A stretch of DNA of 64,000 nucleotides. It comes from Candidatus Dormiibacterota bacterium (GTDB lineage: Bacteria; Chloroflexota; Dormibacteria; CF-121). The position numbers were made by a program, and so were the translations under genes. The stretch lies in assembly GCA_035716185.1 (NCBI GenBank), contig DASTJZ010000055.1, forward strand, positions 13,565 through 77,564, read 5' to 3'. The number at the start of each line of letters is the position of its first letter. Within the stretch, counting starts at the first letter, position 1. The notes beneath the pieces are model-generated. The model was not told where the DNA came from and ran no database searches. It worked only from the letters and a program-made list of their open reading frames with translations. Positions 47,460 to 56,688 of this stretch are shown piece after piece.

Positions 47460-48376
47460 GCCGCTGCTCCTTCTCGAGTGGTCAGGTTGAGGAAGACTTC
47501 TTCCAGGGTTCGCTCCGCCGGTCGCAGTTCGCTCACGCGGATCCCAGCGCCGACGAGCGCGGCGTTGATATCCGCGGCCCGCTCCGGAGCGACACTCAGC
47601 CGCAGGGCGCCGTCCACCGCGCTGACGGCTGCTCCGCCGAGCATCCGCTCCAGCGCGAGCCGGGCGCCATCGAAGGGGTTGGCGCGAACCACGAGGCCCG
47701 CCTGGCCGCGCACCTCATCGACGGTGCCTTCCCGGATAAGACGTCCATGGCTGATGATGGCAACGCGGTCGCAGGTCTGCTCGACCTCGTTGAGCAGGTG
47801 GCTGGACAGCAGCACGGTACGGTCGCCGCTTCCGAGGCGCTTGATGAGGCTCCGCATTTCCACGACACCCTGCGGATCCAGCCCGTTCGTTGGCTCGTCC
47901 AGGATCATCAGCTCCGGCTCCTTGATCAACGCCGCGGCAACCGCCAGCCGCTGCTTCATGCCCATGGAGTAGGTCGCGAAACGATCCTTTGCTCGCGACA
48001 GCAGGTCGACCTCCTCGAGAGCGCCGTCGATGCGCGAATGCGGGATGCCGGCGTAATCGGCAGCCACCTTCAGGTTCTGGCGCCCGGAGAGATACGGATA
48101 GAACGCCGGCGCCTCGACGAGCGACCCGATCCGCCGCAACCCCTCGGGATCGCCTGGTGCGTGCTCGGCGACCGTCGCGCTTCCGGATGTCGGCCGGATG
48201 AGACCGAGCAGCATTCGCAAGGTCGTCGTTTTTCCTGCGCCGTTCGGACCAAGAAAGCCGAAGACTTCGCCATGCTGCACCTCGAGATCGAGTCGATCGA
48301 CCGCAAGAATGCTCGCGCCATACCGCTTACTCAGCTGCTGAATGCGGATGACGGGTTGGTGTTGTGTCATTTGCAT
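47456..48376 (-). CDS. ABC transporter ATP-binding protein
   Basis: Walker A GPNGAGKTT, signature YSMGMKQRLAVA, Walker B LILDEPTNGLD. Confidence 0.85.
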   Translation of the reverse strand: MQMTQHQPVIRIQQLSKRYGASILAVDRLDLEVQHGEVFGFLGPNGAGKTTTLRMLLGLIRPTSGSATVAEHAPGDPEGLRRIGSLVEAPAFYPYLSGRQNLKVAADYAGIPHSRIDGALEEVDLLSRAKDRFATYSMGMKQRLAVAAALIKEPELMILDEPTNGLDPQGVVEMRSLIKRLGSGDRTVLLSSHLLNEVEQTCDRVAIISHGRLIREGTVDEVRGQAGLVVRANPFDGARLALERMLGGAAVSAVDGALRLSVAPERAADINAALVGAGIRVSELRPAERTLEEVFLNLTTREGAAA

Positions 48377-48510
48377 CCTCCTCGTGGTGTGCTGTCACCA
48401 CGCTAGGGCCACCCGCCCGTGACGTCGTCAGCATCGGGCCCGATTTCTGGATCGCTCTCGCGAGTGAAACTTTTTGGCTGCCTCCCCCGCGAGGCGGAGA
48501 CCCGAAATCG

Positions 48511-49173
48511 CTAGGCGGCCCCGGGTTTGACGAGGCCCACTTCGTAGGCGTAGATCACCGCCTGGACTCGATCGCGTAGATCGAGCTTGTCGAGCAGATG
48601 CGCGACGTGCGTCTTGATGGTCGCTTCGCCGACATGCAGCTCGCCGGCGATCTCCGCGTTGGATAGGCCCCGAGCCAGCAGGCGGAGGACGTCTCGCTCG
48701 CGTTCGGTCAGCGTGTGGAACTCGTCCGAGCTGGGCTGGACAGCGGCCCGGCCTCTGGTGAACTCCTCGATCAGACGCCGGGTGACCGAGGGTGCCAGCA
48801 GGGCGTCCCCCTCAGCGGCCAGGCGGACGCCGTGCACCAGGTCCTCGGGCGGAACATGTTTGAGCAAGAAACCCGTTGCCCCTGCGGTCAGCGCGTCGAA
48901 GACATATTCATCCAGGTCGTACGTAGTAAGGATGACGACCTTCGACGGCAATCCCTCGGCCTTGATCCGTCGCGTGGCTTCGATGCCATCGAGTCCCGGC
49001 ATGCGGACGTCCATCAGGACGACGTCCGGCTGAAGACTTCGAACGAGAGCGACTGCCTGTTCTCCGTCCCCGGCCTCTCCCACAACATGGATATCCGGTT
49101 GGGCTTGCAGGATCATCTTGAAACCGGCACGCACCAACGCCTGGTCGTCAACGATGAGAACGCGGACCGTCAC
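48511..49173 (-). CDS. two-component response regulator, NarL/LuxR family
   Basis: REC domain and C-terminal HTH_LuxR present. Confidence 0.9.
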   Translation of the reverse strand: MTVRVLIVDDQALVRAGFKMILQAQPDIHVVGEAGDGEQAVALVRSLQPDVVLMDVRMPGLDGIEATRRIKAEGLPSKVVILTTYDLDEYVFDALTAGATGFLLKHVPPEDLVHGVRLAAEGDALLAPSVTRRLIEEFTRGRAAVQPSSDEFHTLTERERDVLRLLARGLSNAEIAGELHVGEATIKTHVAHLLDKLDLRDRVQAVIYAYEVGLVKPGAA

Positions 49174-50372
49174 CAGGAGCTCGGTCCGATCGGGAGCCGC
49201 GCCGAGACTTCAAAGCCACCGCCTTTCAGCGGGCCGGCCTGCAATTCGCCGCCGAAGAGCGTGACTCGCTCTCGCATGCCGACCAGCCCATGTCCGGAGC
49301 GGACGCCGTTAGCGGCGTTTGCGCCCAGGCCATCATCTCGAACCCGCAAGTCGAGCTCCGTCGGTTGGTAGCGCACCAGGATCTCGACATGCTTGGCCCG
49401 CGCGTGCTTGAGGATGTTGGTGGTCGATTCCTGGATGATCCGGTAGGCGGATAGGTCGAGCGCCGGTGGCAGGGCCTGCGCTTCGCCTTCAACGGCCGCG
49501 ACGACGGTCAGCCCGGCGGCCCGCAGTTCTCCGACGATGCCTGGGAGTTGGTCCAGCCCGGGTTGGGGGCCGCGCTCGGGGACGCCACCACCAGGTTTCC
49601 GCAGCACGCCGAGCAGCTGGCTGAGCTCGACCAGGGTCTTGCGGGCCGTGGTCTCGATCAGCTTGAGGATCTCGGTCGCGGCTTCTGGGTGCGCCTGCTG
49701 AACCGTGCGGGCGGCGCCCGCCTGGATGGCGATCACGCTGACGTCGTGCGCGACCACGTCGTGCAGCTCGCGGGCGATCCGTGCCCGCTCCTGGTCGGCG
49801 GCGAGCTCGCGGTCAAGCCGGCGCTCGCGCTCCAGGCGGATGGCACGCTCCTCGAGCGCGGCGATGTAACCCCGTCGGGCGCGGAGATAATCGCCGATCA
49901 GCCAGGCGGCCACGTGCACCGCGGCCGGCCCGGAGAGCGCGATCCATCGTGGATTCCCGGTCACCGCGAAGATCAGGAAACCCGCAACGAAAAGCAGGCC
50001 GGCAACCAGGACGGCCCAAAGCCTGAGGCGGCCGCTGCCATATACGGCGACGCTGTACATCGCGATCAGCAGTCCGGCGCCGGCGAATCCCGGGTTGATG
50101 CCGATCAGGTACTTGAACGCGAAGGCCGCCGCGACGAGGACCAGCACGGTGTTCGGCGCCCGGCGGCGCCAGTAGAGGGGCACGGTCTGCAGCAGGAGGA
50201 GACCTACCGCGACCACGCCGGCCCATGGTTGAGGCATCGAGAACCGGCCGTTGAAGGCATCGACGGCGACCGAGATCAGGCCGAGGAATGTGAGGACGCC
50301 GACAATCAGCAGGTCGGCCGTCCGCGGCGGGAGACGACCCGTCCAGGCCCAGAGGCGCGGTCGCGACTCCAT
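49170..50372 (-). CDS. sensor histidine kinase, HisKA_3 (NarL-type partner), membrane-bound
   Basis: N-terminal TM segments, H-box ARELHDVVAHDVS, HATPase_c domain. Start is coupled to the regulator gene. Confidence 0.85.
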   Translation of the reverse strand: MESRPRLWAWTGRLPPRTADLLIVGVLTFLGLISVAVDAFNGRFSMPQPWAGVVAVGLLLLQTVPLYWRRRAPNTVLVLVAAAFAFKYLIGINPGFAGAGLLIAMYSVAVYGSGRLRLWAVLVAGLLFVAGFLIFAVTGNPRWIALSGPAAVHVAAWLIGDYLRARRGYIAALEERAIRLERERRLDRELAADQERARIARELHDVVAHDVSVIAIQAGAARTVQQAHPEAATEILKLIETTARKTLVELSQLLGVLRKPGGGVPERGPQPGLDQLPGIVGELRAAGLTVVAAVEGEAQALPPALDLSAYRIIQESTTNILKHARAKHVEILVRYQPTELDLRVRDDGLGANAANGVRSGHGLVGMRERVTLFGGELQAGPLKGGGFEVSARLPIGPSSW

Positions 50373-50471
50373 TACTGATACAGGCTACTGGTGATCGGCG
50401 AAGCGCGAATCCGCCGAGCGAGGGAGGCCTCCGTCAGGAGGTGGAGCGGAACCGGCGCCCGACTGCGCTGC

Positions 50472-51320
50472 TTACGTCTGGCGTGGAATGACCAGTGAGG
50501 GATCCCATCGAGCGAGCCGGGATCCTGCAGCATAGACGCTCTCGGAGAATTCCAGAATCGCCTCCCGCGGTGAGCCGGTGCGCCGGACGTCGTCGTAGGG
50601 AAGGATGAACTCGCCGGCGGCCGGATCCCACTGGGCAGCGGACGGCTTTAGTTTCTCCTGTTCGAGGCCCGGCGGGCTGGGGTAGCCATAACCGTAGAAT
50701 GCCGGCGCCGGGAGGCGGTCGTTACCCGGCCAGAAGCCGACGCAGAGCACCTCCGCGTCCCCACCCAGGCGCCGGATGATCCCGGCATCAGCCGGCGGAT
50801 CGACCGCGCGACCGGAATAGCGCGTGAGGGCAAGATCAAAGGTCCCCCAGAAGAAATTCACCAGCGATGTCTTTCCGCGGAAGCGCGAGCGATGTTCTTT
50901 GAGAACAAGGTCGATGCCGGAAAGCACCTGGAAGAACCTGGTCGCCCACGGCGCGTCGTAGGCCACATGCGTCTCGTCATCGTCGAACGGGATCGGGTTC
51001 GACACCTCGGAGGGCACTCTGGTGATTTCCACCGAAATCCCCAGCGTCCCGAGCGCCTTCATCAAGTCCCGATAAAAGGCGGCCACCGGACGCGGCGCTA
51101 ACTGGACACGCTCGACATCGCCGCCAGTGGTCGCGATCACGACCTGGTGTTCGATCAGATCGACATCGACCTGAAAGACCACTCCCGATGCCGACATGGG
51201 GGTCGTGGTGAGCCCGCGCGCCGTCAAGTAGAGCGGGACGTTCGCCCATTGGGGCTCGAAGGGAGAGAGAGCCAGCCGAAGCTTGCCGATCACCTGGAGC
51301 TCCATATGGAGCGTGTCCAT
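50472..51320 (-). CDS. conserved hypothetical protein (DUF-type, ~280 aa)
   Basis: 282-aa ORF with no recognisable catalytic motif. Confidence 0.6.
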   Translation of the reverse strand: MDTLHMELQVIGKLRLALSPFEPQWANVPLYLTARGLTTTPMSASGVVFQVDVDLIEHQVVIATTGGDVERVQLAPRPVAAFYRDLMKALGTLGISVEITRVPSEVSNPIPFDDDETHVAYDAPWATRFFQVLSGIDLVLKEHRSRFRGKTSLVNFFWGTFDLALTRYSGRAVDPPADAGIIRRLGGDAEVLCVGFWPGNDRLPAPAFYGYGYPSPPGLEQEKLKPSAAQWDPAAGEFILPYDDVRRTGSPREAILEFSESVYAAGSRLARWDPSLVIPRQT

Positions 51321-51421
51321 CGTGTCGTGCCAGGCGGCGTAAGGCAGTTCCTGCCAGGCGAGTGCGATCGACGCGGTCGGAGCGTGGGAGCTGATTAGCC
51401 CACTCTAATGGACTGCCCAGG

Positions 51422-51913
51422 TTACTTTTTCTCGAGCACTTTGGAGAGCTTGCCCAGCTCGCTCTCCCAGCCCATGACGGCCATCTGCGTCCATTGATCG
51501 TTGTGCATCGCGTCCATCGTGAGGACCATCCTGACACCCTGCGCGGTTTTCTGGAACTCCACGACCGTCGCTACCTCGTATGGGGTGACGCCGGGAACGA
51601 AGTCGACGATGTTCTGGTAGGCAAGCCGCTGCCGCGGAATGATCTCCGTGTAAATGATCCGCGTCTCCGTTGTTTGGGGCATCCCGGTCTTCCTCATGAA
51701 CTCGATCTGGTCGGGAGCGGTCGCCGTCATCGCGTAGAGCAGCTCCCCGCCCGGTCGAAGCTCGAGCTGGTTCACGCGCACGCTGAAGCCGTCCGGCCCC
51801 CACCAGGATTCGATGCCATCCTTCGTCGTCCACAGCTCCCAGACGTCCTCGAGTGCCGCGTCGAAGGTGCGCTCCAGGGTGACGGTTCGCGTCGGCCGCG
51901 CCTGGGAGGTCAA
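51422..51913 (-). CDS. SRPBCC/AHSA1 (activator of Hsp90 ATPase homologue 1-like) family protein
   Basis: AHSA1-type motif (…WELWTTKDGIESWWGP…). Confidence 0.75.
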   Translation of the reverse strand: MTSQARPTRTVTLERTFDAALEDVWELWTTKDGIESWWGPDGFSVRVNQLELRPGGELLYAMTATAPDQIEFMRKTGMPQTTETRIIYTEIIPRQRLAYQNIVDFVPGVTPYEVATVVEFQKTAQGVRMVLTMDAMHNDQWTQMAVMGWESELGKLSKVLEKK

Positions 51914-51914
51914 A

Positions 51915-52445
51915 CTACGACTGACTCCGGTAGGCGCGCTCCAGGGTGGCGATATCCAGCTTTCGCATCTTCATCATGGCTTCGGTGGCCTTGGCGGAAT
52001 TTCCAGCCATCGGATCCCCCAACATCTGTCCCAATTGGGCGGGGATGATCTGCCAGGAAACGCCGAACCGATCCTTCAGCCAGCCACAGGGCCCTTCTTC
52101 TCCGCCATCGGTGAGTTTGGCCCACAACTCATCGATCTCGTCCTGGGCCTCGCATGTGACCATCATGGAGGTGCCCTCCGCGAATGAAAATGTCGGGCCG
52201 CCATCGAAGGCCACGAACTCGCGTCCGTCGAGCTCGAAGCCGGCGTGTATGACGGCGCCTTTCGGCATCGGACCCTGGCCCTCGCTCCGTACCAGGTGCA
52301 GAATCTGCGAATTTGGGAACAGGCTGACATAGAACGTCACCGCCTCTTCCGCATGCTCGCGGAAGGCGACACAAACCGTCGGCCCTGCCACGTCTGCCTT
52401 CGTCTGCTTGCCAATCGCCATCGTCCCGCCAGCTGCCTGTGCCAT
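51915..52445 (-). CDS. VOC family protein, PhnB-like (3-demethylubiquinone-9 3-methyltransferase domain)
   Basis: Start MAQAAGG… at 52445 overlaps the arsR-type stop (TGATG). PhnB-like AEEAVTFYVSLFPNS motif. The upstream part of the ORF-track call is spurious. Confidence 0.7.
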   Translation of the reverse strand: MAQAAGGTMAIGKQTKADVAGPTVCVAFREHAEEAVTFYVSLFPNSQILHLVRSEGQGPMPKGAVIHAGFELDGREFVAFDGGPTFSFAEGTSMMVTCEAQDEIDELWAKLTDGGEEGPCGWLKDRFGVSWQIIPAQLGQMLGDPMAGNSAKATEAMMKMRKLDIATLERAYRSQS

Positions 52446-52780
52446 CACCGTTCCTCCTTGTGCTTCTTGCGTTTCCTGCCGCGCCGATCGAGCTCCGCCG
52501 CAAATCGATCCAGCCGGGCCTCCCACATCGCACGGTAGCCGCGCATCCAGTCGTCCAGCTCCTGAAATGGTTCCGGGCGTAGGGCGTAGAGCCGCCGCCG
52601 ACCGTCCGGCCGAACTACAACGAAGCGAGCGTCTTGCAAGATGGCGAGTTGCCGCGACACGCCCGGCTGCCCGATGTCCACGGCATCGACGAGCTCGGTG
52701 ACCGAGCGCTCGCCGGTGCGGAGCGTCTCGACGAGACGGCGCCGAGTCGGGTCGGCCAGGATCTGAAAGACGTCCGCCAC
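52445..52780 (-). CDS. ArsR/SmtB family transcriptional regulator
   Basis: HTH_20 motif (…LADPTRRRLVETLRTGERSVTELV…). Confidence 0.85.
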   Translation of the reverse strand: MADVFQILADPTRRRLVETLRTGERSVTELVDAVDIGQPGVSRQLAILQDARFVVVRPDGRRRLYALRPEPFQELDDWMRGYRAMWEARLDRFAAELDRRGRKRKKHKEER

Positions 52781-52800
52781 GGCGGATACATTACTACAGC

Positions 52801-52826
52801 AACATATGTCTTGTCAACGATATGTT
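52801..52826. promoter_or_regulatory. AT-rich dyad AACATAT-N12-ATATGTT (contains the 8-bp palindrome ACATATGT), 20-46 bp upstream of the ArsR-family gene
   Basis: Read directly in the sequence. Typical position for an ArsR/SmtB autoregulatory operator. Confidence 0.4.
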
Positions 52827-53389
52827 TAGGCGCGCTTGGCCGGTTTGGTGGGTTGGCGTCCAGACGCCCAGAGATAAAAGCTCGCCAGGCTCCGATTGGG
52901 CCGCCACTTTTCCCCGATGGCTTCGACTTCCCTGGGGCTGGGCAGGTGATCGAGCTTGTAAAGCCTCTGTACCGCGGTTCGGATGCCGAGGTCACCCACG
53001 GGCAGAATGTCCGGCCGCTCGAGGTTGATCAGGAGGAACATATCGGCCGTCCAGCGGCCCAGCCCCTTGCTCGACGTGATCTGCTGCCGAACCTCGTCAT
53101 CGGATAGCTTCTCCAGGTGGTCGATCTGGAGTTCGCCGGAAATGATGTGCTGCGCCAGCGAGCGGAGATATTCCATCTTCATCCGCGAAAGCCCGACCGC
53201 CTTCAGAGCGGCGTCATCGAGCGTGAGCAGCTCTTTGGGCGATGGCATTCGGCCGCCGAAGTGCTCGGTCAGACGTCCGGCGATCGCCCGGGCCGCGAAT
53301 CCCGAAATTTGCTGGCCGATGATCGAATAGACGAGCACGCTGAACGGATCGCCCAGCGGTCGGGCGCGCCGCCAGGCCCGGGAGTCCAC
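52826..53389 (-). CDS. DNA-3-methyladenine glycosylase II family (AlkA C-terminal HhH-GPD domain) protein; start uncertain
   Basis: HhH-GPD fold. GTG at 53389. Homology continues upstream to the yceI-type stop at 53516-53518 (same frame) with no canonical start codon. Confidence 0.65.
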   Translation of the reverse strand: MDSRAWRRARPLGDPFSVLVYSIIGQQISGFAARAIAGRLTEHFGGRMPSPKELLTLDDAALKAVGLSRMKMEYLRSLAQHIISGELQIDHLEKLSDDEVRQQITSSKGLGRWTADMFLLINLERPDILPVGDLGIRTAVQRLYKLDHLPSPREVEAIGEKWRPNRSLASFYLWASGRQPTKPAKRA

Positions 53390-53515
53390 CGGCGCAGTCG
53401 CGTCGATCAGCTTGGCGAGCTTTCGATCGCTGGCTTTCAGCGCGGCCAGCGCCCCATCGCGGCGGGCAGCTTTCCGAGTGCTGGCGATCGACCTATAGTA
53501 GTCGGCTGATCTAAC

Positions 53516-54067
53516 TCACGCTGTCGTCTTCGCCGGCTCCTTGGCCGGAACCTCGACGACCTCGCCTTCGATGTTGATCTGGATCTCGTTGCTGACGACC
53601 AGGCGACCATCCAGCACGTAGTCGAACTGGATGCCGAAATCCTTCCGGTTGATCTTGGTCTCGGCCGCGTAGCCGATCCGATGGCCCATCCCCGGGTCAT
53701 TGAACTCACCGTACTTCACGACCTTCAGGGTCACCGGACGGGTCACGCCCTTGATGGTGAGGTCGCCGGTCATGGTGCCGCGGTCGTCGGCTTCCTTCTT
53801 GATCTTCGTGCTCTTGTAGGTGATCGTCGGGAAGTGCTCGACGTCCAGGAGATTCTGTCCGCGCAGGTCGTTGTCGCGCTGCTCGTTGTGCGTCCGGATG
53901 CTGGCGCTGTTGATGGTGACTTCGACCGACGACCGCTCGGGATCATCCGGATAAACCTGACCGGTTGCCTCCACCTCGGTGAAATTACCGCGAACGGTCA
54001 TCATCCCCAGGTGCTTGGCGGAGAACTCGACTTGCGTGTGGAGGGGGTCGAATTTCCAGGTTGCCAT
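53516..54067 (-). CDS. YceI family polyisoprenoid-binding protein
   Basis: YceI-like beta-barrel sequence (…WKFDPLHTQVEFSAKHLGMMTVRGNF…). Confidence 0.85.
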   Translation of the reverse strand: MATWKFDPLHTQVEFSAKHLGMMTVRGNFTEVEATGQVYPDDPERSSVEVTINSASIRTHNEQRDNDLRGQNLLDVEHFPTITYKSTKIKKEADDRGTMTGDLTIKGVTRPVTLKVVKYGEFNDPGMGHRIGYAAETKINRKDFGIQFDYVLDGRLVVSNEIQINIEGEVVEVPAKEPAKTTA

Positions 54068-54123
54068 CGGCTTGCCTCCTCGTGGTATGTGCTCTCAAGA
54101 CGCTAGCACTGTGAGCTTACTTT

Positions 54124-54546
54124 TTGCAAGTTGCTGCGGGGATCGATCCTCGACGCTACACTGACCAGGTGGCGCCGAGGTTCAGCGCCCAGGCACGAGA
54201 ATGCGATGAACGGCTGACCCGCGCCTTCACGCTCCTGGGCAAACGCTGGTCGGGCATCATCCTGGGGCTTCTCTTACAAGGGCCTACGCATTTCGCCGTT
54301 CTCGCTCGGGCGATTCCTGGGATCAGCGAGCGGATCCTCTCCGATCGACTGACCGAGCTGGCCAGAGCGGGCATCGTCGAGCGGCAGGTTATCTCTGGTC
54401 CGCCGCTGGGCGTGGTCTATCGCCTCACGCGCAAGGGGCGGGCGCTGGGGCCTGGGTTGCTCAAACTCGGCGAGTGGGCCGAACTGTACATGGGCCCATC
54501 CAGGCGAGCCCCCGCCCGGGGGAAGCGGCGAGCGGCAGCCGGATAG
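54124..54546 (+). CDS. HxlR family (MarR-like winged-helix) transcriptional regulator
   Basis: HxlR motif LLGKRWSGIILGLLLQGPTHFAVL. TTG start at 54124. An alternative GTG start lies at 54166. Confidence 0.65.
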   Translation: MQVAAGIDPRRYTDQVAPRFSAQARECDERLTRAFTLLGKRWSGIILGLLLQGPTHFAVLARAIPGISERILSDRLTELARAGIVERQVISGPPLGVVYRLTRKGRALGPGLLKLGEWAELYMGPSRRAPARGKRRAAAG

Positions 54547-54555
54547 ACTCCCGTC

Positions 54556-55011
54556 ATGGCGTACAGCCTGATCAAGTACCTTCACGTCCTGCTCGCCATC
54601 ACGGCGGTTGGCTCGAATATCACCTACGCGGCCTGGAACGTGAGGGCAGCCAGGGAAACAGCGCACCTCGCCTTTGTCCTGCGCGGCATCAAGTTCATCG
54701 ACGACCGCATCGCCAATCCGTCTTATGGGCTGCTCCTGGTGACGGGCCTGGCTCTTCGGTTCATCGGATTCAGCATTTGGCCCCGCTGGATGGTGACGGC
54801 CATCGTGTTGTACGTCGTAATGGTCACCCTCGGGCTCGCGCTCTACAGCCCGGCCTTGAGCCGCCAGATCAGGGAACTCGAAGCCCAGGGCCCGACCTCG
54901 CCCAGCTACCTCAGGTGGGGTGGGCGGGCACGCGTTGTCGGGATCACTACCGGGATCTTCGCCCTGGTTATCGTATTCATGATGGTGGTCAAGCCCACTC
55001 TCGGCGGCTAA
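54556..55011 (+). CDS. DUF2269-like small membrane protein
   Basis: Four TM segments. ATG lies 10 nt after the HxlR-type stop. Confidence 0.6.
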   Translation: MAYSLIKYLHVLLAITAVGSNITYAAWNVRAARETAHLAFVLRGIKFIDDRIANPSYGLLLVTGLALRFIGFSIWPRWMVTAIVLYVVMVTLGLALYSPALSRQIRELEAQGPTSPSYLRWGGRARVVGITTGIFALVIVFMMVVKPTLGG

Positions 55012-55025
55012 TTCGCCACCGGATG

Positions 55026-55058
55026 TTGATATACTCGCGTAGACCTCCAATCTGAGGT
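55026..55058 (+). promoter_or_regulatory. extended -10 promoter TGaTATACT (55026-55034), then a 5'-UTR hairpin GACCTC-CAATCT-GAGGTC (55041-55058); leader of ~110 nt
   Basis: Read directly in the sequence. AT-rich in a 67% GC context. A long leader is typical of cold-shock helicase and csp mRNAs. Confidence 0.35.
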
Positions 55059-55153
55059 CTTCCGCTCTTGGGTCCCTCTTCCCCGTCTTGTAACGGTGTC
55101 CTGCAGACTGCGGCAAATCAAAAATAGGCAGAGAGGGCCGAGGAGTATCAATC

Positions 55154-56635
55154 GTGACGTCGACCTTTGCCGATCTGGGCATCAGCCCGCGCCTGCTGAA
55201 AGCCCTTGAAGAAAATCTCGTGGAAACGCCTGTTCCAGTGCAGGCCGAGGCCATCCCTCCGTTGATGAGTGGCCGCCATGTCGTCATCGAGGCGCCCACC
55301 GGCTCGGGGAAGACCCTGGCCTTTCTGCTACCCCTCGCCGAGCGACTCATGGTCGCCAGCGGGCCGGGGCCGCGCGCCCTCGTGGTCACGCCGACGCGGG
55401 AGCTTGCTATGCAGGTGGCGGGCGTCCTTGAATCATTGAAGACTGGCCTCCGCCCGGCTCTGCTCTACGGCGGTGTCGGCTATGCCACCCAGGAGTCTTC
55501 GCTGAAGCGAGGCGCCGACGTGGTTGTCGGCACCCCCGGCCGAATCCTGGACATGGTGTCGCGCCGCCGGCTGTCCTTGAACCGGGTTCAGTTTCTGGTG
55601 CTGGACGAAGGTGATGAGATGCTCGATGCCGGGTTTGCGCCCGCCGTCGAGGAGATCCTCCAGCTCACCTACCAGCCGCAGGTAGTGCTCGCCTCGGCGA
55701 CCATGCCGGCCTGGGTGAGCCGCATGATCGAGCGCCACATGCAGGAGCCGGTCCGTATCCGAGTCGAAGGCGATGACACATCCACCCTCGAACACAGCCT
55801 GGTCCGAGTGAACCGCGAGGAGAAACTGCAGACGTTGAGCCGCCTGCTGCAGGGGCACCGTGGCTCGGCGATCGTGTTCGGCCGGACCAAATATGGCGTC
55901 CGAAAGCTCAACAGCGCCCTGCGCAAGCTGGGGCATGATAGCGCCGAGTTACAGGGCAACCTTTCGCAAGCCGCCCGGGACCGGACCATGGACGCCTTCC
56001 GCGAAAACCAGCTCGCGGTCCTGGTCGCCACGAATGTGGCGGCTCGCGGGCTCGACATCCGGCACGTCGACCTGGTCATCAACTACGAGCTGCCGGATTC
56101 TCCCCAGTGGTTGACCCACCGGGTGGGCCGGACCGCCCGGATGGGCGTCCAGGGTCGCGCCCTGACCTTCGTTGGACCGGAAGACGAGCGCGCCTGGAAC
56201 AAGCTTCGCCGTGAGGGAGCGCCCGCGCTGCTCGAGCTCGACCTTGCGCACCTCCTCGCGGAAGGTGACTGGCGCCAGGTCGCCGCATCGGAAGCCCTAC
56301 CGGCCCCGGGACGTTCTGGTAGAGTACGGCCAATTCGCTCGGACTTCGGGCGACCTCAACGTGCGGCCAGAACTTCTCTCTCGAACAGGCCGACGCGTCG
56401 GAAGCGTGGTTCGAGAGGAGGAGTATCGGTAATGCCAAAAGGCACCGTCAAGAAGGTCGTTTCAGATCGCGGATTTGGGTTCATCGCCGCCGATGATGGC
56501 AAGGAGTATTTCTTCCATCAGAGCGGTGTCGATTCCACCCTGAACTTCGATAGTCTTCGGGGCGGCGAAGCGGTGAGCTTCGACATCGAGCAGAGCCAGA
56601 AGGGTCCTCGCGCGAACCGCGTGCGGGCCGCCTGA
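55154..56635 (+). CDS. DEAD-box family ATP-dependent RNA helicase (DEGD variant of motif II) fused in frame to a C-terminal cold-shock domain
   Basis: Q-motif, GSGKT, DEGD, SAT and HRVGRTAR motifs, then a basic linker, then a CspA-like domain (RGFGFI). An internal ATG at 56432 with the GAGAGGAGGAG RBS could express Csp alone. Confidence 0.8.
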   Translation: MTSTFADLGISPRLLKALEENLVETPVPVQAEAIPPLMSGRHVVIEAPTGSGKTLAFLLPLAERLMVASGPGPRALVVTPTRELAMQVAGVLESLKTGLRPALLYGGVGYATQESSLKRGADVVVGTPGRILDMVSRRRLSLNRVQFLVLDEGDEMLDAGFAPAVEEILQLTYQPQVVLASATMPAWVSRMIERHMQEPVRIRVEGDDTSTLEHSLVRVNREEKLQTLSRLLQGHRGSAIVFGRTKYGVRKLNSALRKLGHDSAELQGNLSQAARDRTMDAFRENQLAVLVATNVAARGLDIRHVDLVINYELPDSPQWLTHRVGRTARMGVQGRALTFVGPEDERAWNKLRREGAPALLELDLAHLLAEGDWRQVAASEALPAPGRSGRVRPIRSDFGRPQRAARTSLSNRPTRRKRGSRGGVSVMPKGTVKKVVSDRGFGFIAADDGKEYFFHQSGVDSTLNFDSLRGGEAVSFDIEQSQKGPRANRVRAA

Positions 56636-56654
56636 TCAGTCGCTAGGATTCGAT

Positions 56655-56688
56655 AAAAGGGCGCCCTCGAGGCGCCCCTTTTTTATTT
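56655..56688 (+). terminator. rho-independent terminator aaaa-GGGCGCC-ctcga-GGCGCCC-cttttttattt
   Basis: Perfect 7-bp GC stem with a 5-nt loop and a T-run. Lies 24 nt after the helicase/csp stop. Confidence 0.8.
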
